DNA of 64,000 nt from Takakia lepidozioides (Eukaryota; Plantae; Bryophyta), in the NCBI GenBank assembly GCA_030704615.1, contig CM060732.1, positions 14,880,001-14,944,000 of the forward strand, given 5' to 3'. The translations under genes and the position numbers were made by a program. The notes under the pieces were generated by a model that ran no database searches, had not been told where the DNA came from, and saw only the letters and a program-made list of their open reading frames with translations. Of the stretch, positions 23,429 through 36,089 are shown one piece after another; within the stretch, counting starts at the first letter, position 1; each line of letters starts with the position of its first letter.

Positions 23429-24074
23429 TGTCAAGCGGCTTTTATTCACCCATCCCTTCGCTATCCGAGGTGGAAACTCCAAGATAGAAGAGTTGGATAT
23501 CTCTAAGCACTCAGCCCGCTCAGAACAATCAGTCATGACCTGCAGCTAGTGAATCATGGTTGTGCTTCCTATTTGTATTCCTTCCTGCCTTCATGTTATC
23601 AATTTACCTTACCGTGTATACTGAAGCATCAGATTGCTTCAGTATCTACTAAGTTCCATTTAATCATGCATTCATTCCACAGCTTCTCTTGTGTCTCTCT
23701 ACACAGTATGTTTGTATCGATTCAGTATCGGATTAAGATTAATCAAGTATCATGCCTAAGCCATGGAGTCTCTATTCTACCCTATTGTATAATTTTATAG
23801 CTTGCATGAACTAAGCCTCATTCAAGTCATCATCTCCTCTTCACTGTTTCCGCTCTCCGTTACGTCTCCTCCTCTCCTGAACAAATCTCCCTCCTCAAGA
23901 AGTGATCCCCTTCCTGTTGCCGCTCTCCTAATCTACCCGCAAGCTGTTCTAACCACCTAACTAACTAACCGTCACCTTGGAGAAAACGGCCCGGTCGGTT
24001 CTACATACGCAGCTGGCTGACTATGGCATCACCATGACAGCACCGAAGGTCTCCTTCCAAGCATACATGAGGAA

Positions 24075-25945
24075 ATGGAGAGCCACAGTGTGACAATCTT
24101 GTTTCTTCAAGAGTTCAACAAGGAAGGTGGCATCAGTCGAACAAATGAGCTTGACCAGCAAGAGAAAGGAGAGGAAGCTTGGAAACGATGCCTTTACAGG
24201 TGCGAAATGGACTGTGCTTGTTTGTTTTGCAAAGACACACTCTCCTCCATCCAACCAATTTTGGGCTGGCTCATATGAGTTTGCGGTGCCGCACACTCAT
24301 TTGTTCTATCCGTGTGTAGTAACGCCAACGTGCACACCCTGGGCCCTTCAGGCTATTTTGTGTGCGGTGGTTGCAGTGAACTGTGCCGCATACTTTTTTA
24401 GGGGGTCTTCGTGATGTGGTGGAAAAGCTGGGAGACAATAATTGCATTGCATAATGAGGCTGTCTCTGTTCCTGCAGGTACATAAAGTATGTTCTCATGG
24501 CAGAGAACTGCTTGGACAAACATCCTGATTTCGTGGACCTTTGGCTTGTCCTTGCTGGCAACCAGACCATGTTTATTACGGGGATCTTGCATGACTGGGG
24601 CCCAGACCATCTTTCTGCTTGTGGTTGGTATTTGGATTGCCCTGCTTCTGAGACCCCAGCTCAAGAGGTGTCTTTGAGGAGAGAGAATGAGCGTATAACA
24701 GCCACCGCCGCAACAGCCGACCTCGACATTCATGATAGAAATTTGAGGACTCTTGCAGAGAAGGAGCCTCCCGCTCAGGATACCCCGGGTAAAGGTAGAA
24801 AGGCAAAGGGAAAGGATGTTGCTGGTGGTGTGGGGAAAGGAAGGGATAGGGGGAAGGGAGCACAAGGGCAGGTAGGTGGGCAGGGAAGTGTTGCAGAAAC
24901 TGGCCCTGTGGTGGATGTCCAGCAGACTCCACCGCATGGTAGGGGATCCGGGAGAAAGAACAAGGGGGTGGTTGATCCTAAGGACCCGTACCATGCAGTG
25001 GAGCATTCCACGAGGGTCATTCGCCCTACCAGGTAGGAGATGGCGAACGTCGGGTTCCTTGCCATGATGGAGTCCAAGAAATCTGATTACAATGGCGAAC
25101 CATCACCAGTGTGGGAGAGGATTGTGGAGTTCCTCAGCACGGTGCGTGTTGTCTTTTGCTTCTTGTCTGTTGTGGGCATGGGTCGTTTCAATCCTCTTGA
25201 GCATTCCATTGCATGTTTGTTTGCAGGCTAAAATGACCAAATCCTGGGTGAACGGGAAGGAGAAGCCATATGCAGCCGAACTCATCATCTTGGACATCCC
25301 TAATGGGTTGCCAGTCCTAGATGTCCCTCCATCGGGTGCTTGTCTAGGTTGGAATGCTTTTGATGAGCACGGTGGGTTTTCTCCTTTTGCAATTTCTTTC
25401 TGTCCGATGCAGGTGTTTTGGTGCTCATCCAGTCCATCGACCTTCGCTGTCGCCGTGCACTTGCCAGCTATTTGAAAGCCTCCGGTATGAGGGTGTGAAG
25501 TCATGGAATTGTGTGAACAACATGTACCTGACGAAGGGGGATCGTCCGAGAGAGATGGTAAATCTGCCTTCTTATTCCTCTTCTTCGGATGGAGTTGCAT
25601 AAGTCACTCAAATGAATATGTAGGGGCCTGGTTTTCAAGCTTCTTAGTTCCTTGTGGATGTCTTGTTCGCAGACTCGTTTGTTTGAAGCTGTTTGTCTCG
25701 TCCGAGTGCCGACTCCAGCCGTCATTAGGGAGTTCGCCATCACTCATGGGGGCAGGTTCATAGACGAGAGGACAGATCCTCCCACGAATGACATGCACTA
25801 CAACTACGTGGACAACAACGTGTGCTTGCGAAGGGGGAATGGGGTTCCTTGGAGAGGGGCCAGGGAGAGGAGCCCGGCTTTCATTCAAATGATTGTGGAG
25901 TGCTGCACCTACACAAACGCCAGAGTTCTGGATTTGTCAAAGGGC
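24075..25945 (+). pseudogene. Spliced, decayed gene with a beta-class N4C/N6A DNA methyltransferase-like C-terminus
   Basis: GT..AG introns (e.g. 25142-25227). Exons give AELIILDIP.G (motif IV-like) and PWRGARERSPAFIQMIVECCTYTNARVLDL (motif X/I-like). Stops/frameshifts; cut off by LINE sequence. Confidence 0.5.
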
Positions 25946-26349
25946 GAAAGTGGGGTTGGTTGGAGATGGGTAGATGACTCTGATATGTCGTTATAGGGGT
26001 TTTATGGAGGTTGGGGGTTGTCACGGCCTAGTGCAGTGGTTTGAGTGGGTTGTGGTCGGTGAATGCGGAGTTATTATTGTCATATGAGGCTTTAAGTTTC
26101 TGGAGTATGGAGGCAGCGGGGGTAGACCTGTATCGGGGTAGCAAGTCTTGGGGTGTGTGGGGAAAGTGTAAATAGGGGATTTCACAATCAAGGGTACATG
26201 AAGCTGAGGGGTGGCATGAGAGGGCACGGAGATGGCGCAAGTAACGACCGGTTTTGGCCGTAGCTATGGAATGCTTAAGGGTGAATTCACTCGGTTTCAG
26301 GAGTCGGTGTCCCGTAGCGGTGGTGAGTTGGGCGAGTAGCGTTGTTGCA

Positions 26350-26640
26350 CCAGAGGGTTCAACATCAACATATTTCCATGGAATTCCAATTTGGGACACA
26401 GAAATGGGAAGTTGTGGGGAGCCCGAATTATCTCTGTCCCATTCATTCCAGATCAATATTTGGTTAACTTGCCGGATATCGCAAATCATTTTGGTCATTA
26501 CCTAGGATGTTTGGTTGTGTTCGACCCCCAGATGTGTACCCAGAAGTTGCGACATGACCCTGCTTGGAAGATAGGAACTATTGCTACTCGAATTCATGAA
26601 ACATGTTGTGTAAAAATTATCCGTGATGCCAAATGAAGAC
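26350..26640 (+). pseudogene. Fragment of LINE ORF1, same family as 9960-10991
   Basis: ARIISVPFIPDQYLVNLPDIANHFGHYLGCLVVFDP aligns with PRIIALPFLPDNYLASLLEIGAHFGSYIGSLNVFDP. Confidence 0.75.
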
Positions 26641-28543
26641 TCTCTACCTCAGTTTGTCAAACTATAATATGCATCTATTTGAAATAGTTGAGTATGGGTG
26701 TTTTTTGTTTGGGATGAGAGATTTCAAACTGAGCCTAGAAAAGGGCTGGTGAGCCATGCGAGTTCTAATTGTGATGAGGTATTAGGATAGTCCGGTAAAT
26801 CGGTTTGAATACTGATTTTCATTTGATGTAGGATGAGTAGTGTGCGTGCGATGGGGGAGTGTAGGCAGGCTTGTCGGTGCAATGATGGTAGGGAGTAGAG
26901 TCCATTGTATTTTAAGGCAAGAAATTTAAGGAGTCCCTGATATATTAGGCCTAAGCGTCCAGGATCATTAAGGGCCTCTATTAATTGTGTGCCAAGGTGC
27001 GGGCATATGAAATGATTAAGAGGCTTGAGCCAATCCCGTAGCTATCGGTTGGGAGTTGGGTGAGGGCATTAGGGATTCGTAGAGGTCAACTGTAAATAAG
27101 TCCAAAATACGGTCTGTTGGAGAGCCTCTCTTATCCAGTGAGAATCCGTCTATATCATGCCATGGATAATGTTTAACTTTGCACATGCGAGTGGGAGTGT
27201 GTTGATCGGGGTGTAGGCAGTTGACAACCGTAGGTGTATATGATGATGACGCCTAGGTCCATATTTCATTGTTTATGTCCTTTGGGGCGGTTAGGAAGTG
27301 GTCATGTCGATGCTTAAGGCAGTCAATAGGAGGGTTTAGTGCAGGATTGTGGGATGTCTTGGGATGGTCATGCAGTAACTGATTGAAAGAGGAGACAATT
27401 TTTTGTGGTTGGTCGTGGCTTTTTGTTTGGTAATAATATAGGCAGTTTTTCTGGCTTCCCTACCAAGTTTGGAGAGAGCAGCAACCCAGTTGGGAATAGC
27501 GGATGGATCATCAGGAGGGGGCATAAGTGCTTGACAGTTTGTCAAAGTACTCAAACAGGTAATGCGAGGGGGATTTCCAGTTATTGCATGGGTGGGTTGT
27601 GGGGGAAGTAGGTAGGATAATGAGGGCGCGCTTGACTGTGTGGTAGGTGTTGAGGTGGGAGGTCCATGCACGCTTCTGTGTACGGATAAGGTAGCCTCCG
27701 TTTTGTTTTGAGCGTGTGGTTTGTGGAATCTCAGGGAGGGGGGCGGAACAAGTGGCGAGGACGCTTTTGGTCATTTCTTTCATTATAGATGTGAGCGCGA
27801 CCTCGGCTTCAAGCCAAGTTCTTTCAGGGAATTGGGTTAAGTTTGTATCGGAGAGAATGTAGGAGAGTTTTAATATAAGGAGTGAGGCTGCCGGGTAAAA
27901 GTGGTTTCAAATGAAAAGCGACGATGTTGCGTTGAGGTAGTGGGGAAAGAATCCTAGATTGTGGTGGTGGGATATGTACGGCTGATGTGGCCCGAAAGGG
28001 GATAAGAGCTGGAGGGAGGGAAACTCAGAGAGGATAATGGTCATAATTACATAAGCTGTCAATGTGTATGTGGCTTTGGAGATACGCTGGGATTTCACTT
28101 TGTATAAAATGAGGTAGAAACCATCAAGAAGACTTAATGAGGAGTAGTTAAGTCCGTCTTGTCTTGAGTAGTGGTGGTCAGCGGGTATATATCGGAATTT
28201 ATGAAGCTGAGTGAATTTAGCCCATTCATGGTCCAGTGGGGATGGGGTTTGTGTATACCATTGTATGTATGGCAATGAAAGAGGACGCACACTTTTTGGG
28301 CACCTTTGGCTCGAGATAGAGTGCACTTGCTGTTCAAAATAGTACCCCCTACTGGTCCATTCAAGGTTATTCCATGATTTCACATTGAATATTCACCAAT
28401 ATTACAAAATATTTCGGAAAATATTTTATTTATTTTGCATTAAATTTTATTTCTTTGTGCCCACATCAGAAAAATGTATGCGACGACACTGCACACCTGA
28501 AACTGCACACATTTCTTAAATGATCCATTTTAGGTGTTTCTAC

Positions 28544-29344
28544 CAGTGTTGGACCGGTATCATCAACATTTCATACCAGCCAGGGTATGGTATTGTCGGT
28601 GAAGAGGCCTCCTTCATACCTGGCAGGTAATGGTATCAAAGTAGGTATTAAGCTTTTAATGTACCAGTCTGGTATGTATATTGTTTTGTTTGGCCTGGTA
28701 TGGTATGGTATCAGTATTCCAAATTTCAAATCTTATACTGGGGGTATATCAATACTAGTATCAATATAGTTATTTATTTTTATTTTTTATTTTTAAACTG
28801 AAAAATAAAAATCTGTCCAAATTATACCGATGAGGTGAGCACTTCAGCCGCTGAAGTGATCACCTCATGGGCTGAAGCGCTCACCTTAGCGGCTGAGTGC
28901 CACAATTCATAATAACAAGGAGCGGGATATCACCTTAGGTAATTTGAGGTCACCTTACAAGAGCCATATTACAGGCTGATAAATGAGACAATGCTCCAAG
29001 CCTAAGCAAATTTTCGCCAAAATCGCCATCCAGATCGTCTCAATCAAAGAGCCGCAACTCTCCATAATGCACCCTAAATCCCTAAATCCCTAACGCTCCA
29101 CATATTGATACCTAGGGTGCAAGCGACGGCGATAGACATAGTACTGATATCGACAAAGCTGTGTTCCTTGTGATACCAGGCTGGTATGGTAGGAGCCCAG
29201 ATATTAGCGTTTCACTATATTGCCCCCAATATGTTCTACCCGGGGTATTGCCAGTTGCTAATACCCGCCTGGTCTGGTACCATGCCGTGATACCCTTACC
29301 CGTTCTGATACCCCGCCTCACCCCCATATACCGGTCCAACACTG
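28544..29344. mobile_element. Non-autonomous hAT element (MITE)
   Basis: 17-bp perfect TIR CAGTGTTGGACCGGTAT; 8-bp TSD GTTTCTAC at 28536-28543 and 29345-29352; GGTAT/ATACC subterminal motifs. Confidence 0.93.
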
Positions 29345-30974
29345 GTTTCTACCTTAGCTCGACTCCACCACGGGTAGGGTGGTATGGAGTTGAGCGCTGT
29401 GTGAGGCATTGTGTAGCGGAGAGCCGATTTCCGTATAATAGGTAGTAAGCTAGGAGGAGTTTGTTTATATAGGAACTATTGGTGTTGTTTGTATTAAGCT
29501 TGGTTTCTTGTAATAGGATAATATGTGGAGGCGTAGTGTCTGTGAGAAGGTGTATTAGACTTTGGATGCTAATGGCCAATGAACCGACATTCCAAGTGGT
29601 TATGTTGAGTGAGTTTGCGTGTTGGGGAGGAGTGGGTTGGGAGTGGTTGGGTGAAGCAGGCGTTGGGGGGTCCCTGTTGTGAGTAGGTGTGAATGACGAG
29701 AGGGGAGGGCGGGGGGGGGGGGGGGGGGGTGCCAGCGAGGGTTGATATCTTGCAATGGTGGAGGTAGCTTGGAGGGTGGCGGAAAGAATGTTGTTGGATA
29801 GGAATGGAAATTTGTTGGTGATAGTATGAGAGTCTAGTGCGGGGTTTGCTAACTGTTCACCTATATTTTGTGAGCTTCCCCTGGTTTGGATTGTAAGAGG
29901 TGAAGCGACGTGTGTAGGTCAGATAGGTAGTGAGGGGGGTCCAGGTATTGGGGGGACTTTGTAGTTTGTGTAGAAGTGTGTGGACCTGTGAGTCTGAATG
30001 GGCCTCAAAGTAGTCGTTACATATTGTTGTTGGTGGGGAGATAATGATGATTAGGGAAAAGAGAAGGTGTTGTGCGGGGTATGTTCTGAATTCATGGGTA
30101 GCTTTAGCGAGCGCTAGGTATTGACATGGAAGAAGGCCAAATTTGGCAATTGGCTGGGTGGATGTGTGAGTGGTGATTGATATGTTTAGAAGAAAGGGAG
30201 AGAAGTGGTCGCAAAAGTGTTGATATGCGGGTACTAATGAAATGGTGTTTATTTGAAAATATAGTGCATATATTTCTTGTGGGTCAATTGAGAGTTCACC
30301 AATGAGGTCATTGATAGGGTTTGGATGAATGTCTCCACATCGCATAAGTATAAGTGTTGCACATGCAATTTTAATTGTGTTGTGATGTGAGGGGGGGGGG
30401 GGGGGGGGGTGGTGCTGTGAATGTTTAGATTTAAGGGGGGTATTGATGGTATCGGCCATGCGGGCAGTGGGTAATAAGGTAGGTTTTAGGAGTTCGGTAT
30501 ATAGGTGTACACAGGGGGTAGGTAGCGTGGGGGTGTGTTTGAAGTATATAGTAGGGGGTAGTATTCAAGGGTAAGAGTAGAACGGGTCTTTGATGAGTGA
30601 GAGGGGGAGTCTATTAACGGGCAATTTTTGTGTGCCGAATAATTTCCATGAGAAAAAATGCTTTAAGTATGGAACGGAGATGATGAAGAGTACCACAGAC
30701 CGAGTTGTTGGCGGTGGGGTATTGTTGAGCAGGACGTTGGCTTAGAAAAATATGAATGAAATGGTATAGTATGAGTTGGTACAGCATGAATGTAGAAGCT
30801 GATATGGGAAATAGTGGTGTGTAGGGTAGACGATTTAAAATGGTTGTTCGTGAGACATGGTATGATAGGGTCTTTGTAGATACCGCGGATGTAATATGAT
30901 GTGCAAGGAAGATGTAGATCGTTGTGTGAATGTGATTGAATTGAATAGCAGTAGTGGGGAGGAGGACCTTCCCA

Positions 30975-31145
30975 TGGTAACCAGTATACCCGAATTGTTT
31001 GTGAGAGAGAATTGAATCTGGTGAGATGAAATGGTGACCAGTATACCCGAATTGTTTGTGAAAGAGAATTAAATCTGGTGGGATGAAATGGTAACCAGTA
31101 TACCCGAGTTGTTTGTGAGAGAGAATTGAATCTGGTGGGATGAAA
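30975..31145. repeat. Three tandem 57-bp units
   Basis: accagtatacccgaattgtttgtgagagagaattgaatctggtg.gatgaaatgg x3. Confidence 0.9.
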
Positions 31146-32189
31146 TTCTTGTGATAGCGTGCATGTAAAGTAGTATTGCAAATTGCAAGGACCCCCGCAG
31201 GTGGAGGTAATCAAAGAGAGTAATGCTAGGATTGGGATAGCACTTGAACAATAAAATGAAAGCTGTGTGCTGTCTAAGATCTGTGGGCATCTAGCAAAAT
31301 ATAACACACAAATTGGGGAAGTTAGCAACCATCTGCGAGAGAGCGGGATGTGAGTGTGCACATGGGGGCTCCAGTCAACATAGCCACAGGAGGACCTTAG
31401 GCACGTTGGACTTGGAATAAGTTGAGCGGGAGCTGCCGCGGTGCTTTCAGGATCCTGGTTGTAGACTGAGAGTGCAGCCGAGGTGCCTTGTAGATGGTGG
31501 ACACCGTCCCCGGGGTGGGGGGCCACCCGTTTACTTGTGTTCACAGTGTGAATGGGTAGCACGGCCATTTTGATCTGTAATTGCTGCATAGAGGGAACAG
31601 ATAAGATTAGTTATGGGGAAGTGAGTGGGAGAGAGAATAAGGGGAAGTGCCATCATAGTGCTATTGGATGGTGTAGTGTAATCTCTGGTAATGATAGAGC
31701 GGCTGTATGGTGCCTGTAGTATGGTCAGAGACAGATTGGTGATGAGAGTGTAAATTATGACAAGAGGAGGTGGGGGAAGGAGGGTAAGAGGGTTCCCTGA
31801 ATCTCGAGGAACTTTGGTGTATCTGGTTGCCGAGGCACGACCGAAACGGCTGCTGAATAGTCCGCCCTCGTCCAGCAGTAAGTTGCAGTATATCTCCGCC
31901 AAACTGAGATTCCTGGTATGCAGCAATATACAGAGAGGCCTGGGGAACGAGGTCTGGGTAGAATCTGGTTGTGAAAACTCCATTAATAGATGCAACAGAA
32001 TATCCGAGCTGGGCATAAGCGACAAATCTACGTGATGTGGTATTTAGGTGAGCTCCCGTGTTGAGATATTCAGAGTGCTGGCTTGGGTGGCTTGTACGTA
32101 AGCGCAAATTTGCGTGTATCAGCAACATCCCTTGACGCTCTGGGGCCACGGTTGCTCAACTGCCACCAGGTTATAGTCGAGTGGGTAAC

Positions 32190-32360
32190 GTTATCAGATA
32201 TAATCTCAGCTAGGGCTTGACCTCCAGCCAGACCAGGATAGCCTGCCCACAGTATACTTTGAGCACGGTTGTCATCCTTGGCAGAGGACACATCAGCTGG
32301 CCCTCCAGATAGAATGACGAGCACTATTGGGCCACTCTTGGCAGCATCCAGAACAGCAGA
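32190..32360 (-). pseudogene. GH3 beta-xylosidase C-domain fragment
   Basis: GPIVLVILSGGPADVS...SILWAGYPGLAGGQALAEII. Confidence 0.8.
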
Positions 32361-32599
32361 AATATCAATGCCAAATTGACCCGGAACTTGAATGGCGTAC
32401 TCCACCGCAACCTCAGAAAATTCCACTTTCATGCACTGGTTTCATTGACGTCAGTACCTCTGAAAGAGTACTCTCCATTCTCTATTACAAGCTCTTGGCC
32501 ACTGTTGCGTCCAATTATAAGCAGATGCTTGACTATCGCCCTCAACTTTTGGCGCCCCAGCATTTGATGATAGGTTGCCGAAGCATCCAGCCTGCACCC

Positions 32600-32885
32600 G
32601 TGTTGAGCATATCCAAGATTGGCAGGAATGGTGCCTTCCATGTGATTGAACCACAACATCAAGCTCTCCAAGTTGGCTAGATTCCCGAACTCTAGTGGAG
32701 TTGTTCCAGTAATATAAGCAGAGATCCGGCGTTATAAGCTGTGTACAGTTGGAGAGCCGAAGAGGAATTATGCCAGGAAAATTATTGTCTGGAAGGAGTA
32801 GACTCTCCAGTTTCGAAGCAACTTCACAAAGTCCAACATGTATGTTCCCATGAAAAAGGTTTGAACTCAGGTCGAGAAACTTCAT
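32600..32885 (-). pseudogene. LRR receptor-like gene fragment
   Basis: Plant LRR consensus: FLDLSSNLFHGNIH, LESLLLPDNNFPGIIP.LSNCTQL, LESLMLWFNHMEGTIPANLG. Confidence 0.8.
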
Positions 32886-33843
32886 CACTTCAGCAAAAGT
32901 TAGCTGTTTATGCCGAGCCATATTCAATAGTCCAGTTGTTTTGAAGTGGTTGCCGGGAGTTGTCCAGGAGGCCTCGTCCATTGCAGTGTCCAGGGGGCCA
33001 CTGTCTGGTCGGTGGCTGTATGAAAATCCAATCTCTTCCATGTCTCCAAGTGGTGGACAGCCCTTTTCCCACCCCCTTATCCAGCCCACGAATCAAACTA
33101 AACTGGGTAGTATGATTGTCAGTGCACATGTGCAGTTGCACAGAGAGGACACAGTTTAACAATTGCTTCACATTAGCAGTGTAATATGACCAGCGGTAAT
33201 CAATAGAAAGCAGATGGTGTAGGTTTATAAAGATATCTGCCAGCCAGTTGATTGCGAGGTGCTCAGTGCACATATGTGGTTTAGTATTGACAGTAAACAA
33301 GTAGGAAGCACGGCAGGGTGTGAAAACAGATTCAGAGAAGAGAAATTTGGATGAAGTGGGCAGAGAATGGCATTAGTTATTGGATTAGCAGTAGCACAGT
33401 AGGATAAATCTGACCTTCGGCTTATGCAAGAAACGAACCAAGGACGGGCAGCTGATATGTAGGAATAAGGAGTAAAAAACTGGCTCTGTACTTTCACAAA
33501 CCAATGGTGGTGTGGGATGGGACTGTTGCACCTGAGAGAGCAGTTGTGGAGCCAGTGCGTTTGTAGAATCGTAGCCAGTTGGGAGTACTGCACATTGGTA
33601 GTAGTAATGCTGGAGGTGAACTGCCAGGGTTGTGTGCTCTGAGCAGACGTGCTGGCTGCTTCAGTTCCATCCAATCGAAGATGAAGACTTGCCTGGTCTC
33701 CAGTTATGCCTGGTCTCCATATCAGCCTTTCCCAAATTTTGAGGAAGATGTATCCCTCATTCCCTCCTGCCTGCTGGATCCCATAGAACCTTTCCACACT
33801 CTCCATACCGTGAAGGTTTGTCTCTCGAACTGCAGGCGCATCC

Positions 33844-34150
33844 ATGCAAGTCACCCGCCGAGCTGGTGGGGGCTTTGGTGGCAAGTCTTTTCGTAACTGT
33901 CTGGTTGCGGTATCTTGTGCACTGGCGGCTTACAAGCTGGAGCGGCCAATGCGGATATCACTTGATAGAATCACGGACATGATTCTGCCAGGCGGGCGTA
34001 GTCCTACAAAAGCTACCCTCCCTGTGGAATTTACTGCCGAGGGGAAAGTGGCAGCCCTCCAAGCTCATGCGATAATCGAGGGGGGTTGGTCTGGTGATGT
34101 CAGCACCTTCCTACCAGGGTATTTGATGTCTGCCATGAAGAACTACCCTT
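33844..34150 (+). pseudogene. Aldehyde oxidase / xanthine dehydrogenase molybdopterin-domain fragment
   Basis: TRRAGGGFGGK...ALAAYKLERPMRISLDRITDMILPGGRSP...GKVAAL. Confidence 0.85.
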
Positions 34151-34261
34151 CGAGGTGACTTGCGTGAGCCATAAAATCAAGCCACATCCATATTGGGATC
34201 GTGGGCCTCGACATAGGAGATGCACTTGGATACATAGGGATTTGCACTTGGACGACACAGG

Positions 34262-35511
34262 AGGGAATTCCAAAAAGGCCTTATGTGAAATGCATTGCAA
34301 TTCACTTGATCACCCCCCTAAAAGTGCGCAATTCAATTGAATTGCAGGGGCAATTCAATTGAACTGCTAAAATTAGCTTGAAAACAACCCTAATTTGCAA
34401 TTCAATTGAATTGTCGGCACACGATTCAATTGAATTGCTAGTTGACAATTCAATTGAATTGTTGACTGTAATTCAATTGAATTGTGAATTGGCAAATCAA
34501 TTGAATTGCTGATTACAATTCAATTGAATTAATCTATAATTTTTTAACTTATTTCTGTATATATTGTATATATATGTACATATTTAAATTATACATATAC
34601 GCATATAAAAGTATAAGCTAAAAATACATGTTGGCCATCTATTCTTGTTGTCCATCTGTCAATCCTTTGCCCGTGGTAAGGCTTGAGCCCGAGATAAGCC
34701 TAAGGGAGAGCGAGAGAGGGAGAGAGAGAGAGGAAGTCACGAAGCGCTTGTAAAAGCGGGATTGTCCCTCTTTGTGGATGTTGGTGCCAATATATGGCTA
34801 TGTACATATACCAAACATGATACCAATGTAAGAGTATCAACGTGTAAGAGTTTGATATATTAAACTTAATATGGAACACACATCCCAACTTCAACATGAT
34901 ACCTTTGTAAGGGTATCGAAACAATATTATTTTTGATAATTCTCAAGATGAACATATCATTTGTTTTCTTTGTCCTGGGCCAGATACTAGTGTTAGGGGA
35001 CTACATGATGATGCAGGGGAAGCCTTTCATCAATTGTCAGGTTTGATTTTGTCTGTTTCTTTCAGAGCCAGCCATGTTTCTTTTGCCAGTGAATCACAGG
35101 AAGCTGCTGATCTCTCTCCCTCTCTGGCTCTCCCTTTCTCGCTCAGACTGAGGCTCAGGCTGGCTTCACAACTCCACAATTTCCTCAAGGGCACAAGAAA
35201 GAGGGGCAGCAAGAATAGACGGGCAACATGTATTTTCAGCTTATACTCTTATATGTGTATAAGTATAATTTGAATATATATATATATATAATATACAGAA
35301 ATAAGTTAAAAAATATAGATTACAATTCAATTGAATTGCCAACTAGCAATTCAATTCTGCAATTCAATTGAATTGCAAATTAGGGTTGTTTTCAAGCTAG
35401 TTTTAGCAGTTCAATTGAATTGCCCTTGCAATTCAATTGAATTGCGCACTTTTAGGGGGGTGATCGTGAATTGCAATGCATTTCACATCAAGGCCTTTTT
35501 GGAATTCCCTA
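34262..35511. mobile_element. Foldback-like hAT MITE with long inverted arms
   Basis: Ends (T)AGGGAATTCCAAAAAGGCC; arms ~270-350 bp built of CAATTCAATTGAATTG palindromes; 8-bp TSD GACACAGG (34254-34261, 35512-35519). Confidence 0.88.
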
Positions 35512-35639
35512 GACACAGGACACTTCTGCCAACGGCCCAGGCTACCCTAGTTACCCTATTTGGAATACAATGGGGTGATAATCATCCGCAAATCCAAAAT
35601 GCTGTGCCCATTGAGAATGGACGTACATTAAAAGTTTGT

Positions 35640-35739
35640 GAATATTCTAATACAATGGAATTGGCTGGTATTGAAAAGTAAAAATATTTTAATACCAGGA
35701 CCGGGATGGTATTAAAAAAGTAATACCTGCCCAACACTG
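35640..35739. mobile_element. Solitary hAT end
   Basis: ATACCTGCCCAACACTG resembles the right TIR of 28544-29344, with GGTAT/ATACC motifs upstream. Confidence 0.55.
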
Positions 35740-36089
35740 CTCCATACACCTGGCATGCAGCCCAATGGTTGGGAGTTTAGTACCTTGTTTGTGTGCAATC
35801 CTTGAAAAATCCTTCAAAAGTTCCTTCAACCATTTATAGCCCCTCTGACAGTGTGTGCCATAAGCAGTAAGCTCTGTAAACTTGCTAGATGTTAAACAAA
35901 CTTTATCTACATAGAGGCATCTAAATCATCTGAGGAGGCTCTGTAAATTTGCTGGACGTTTAACAAACTTTATCTGTAGAGAGGCATCTATCTTGCAATA
36001 AATATTGCCAGCATGTGCTCCACACAAATCTGACTTTATGCCCAATCCACACAAATCACTCCCGCACAAGGGCTCTCCTCACCATGAAG

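Larger units (their letters stand above)
25950..32070 (-). mobile_element. Decayed LINE (RTE/RTEX-like); AP endonuclease present, RT core apparently deleted
   Basis: ITTWNVGS...HIILLQETKL at ~29500-29610; 2A-like CGDIHPNP at ~30320-30345; post-RT-like QLIEALNDPGRLGLIYQGL at ~26930-27000. Confidence 0.6.

Noticed and set aside
30663-31589. 308-aa ORF as a host gene
   Set aside because: No domain recognised; includes the 57-bp tandem repeat and lies in the LINE 5' region.
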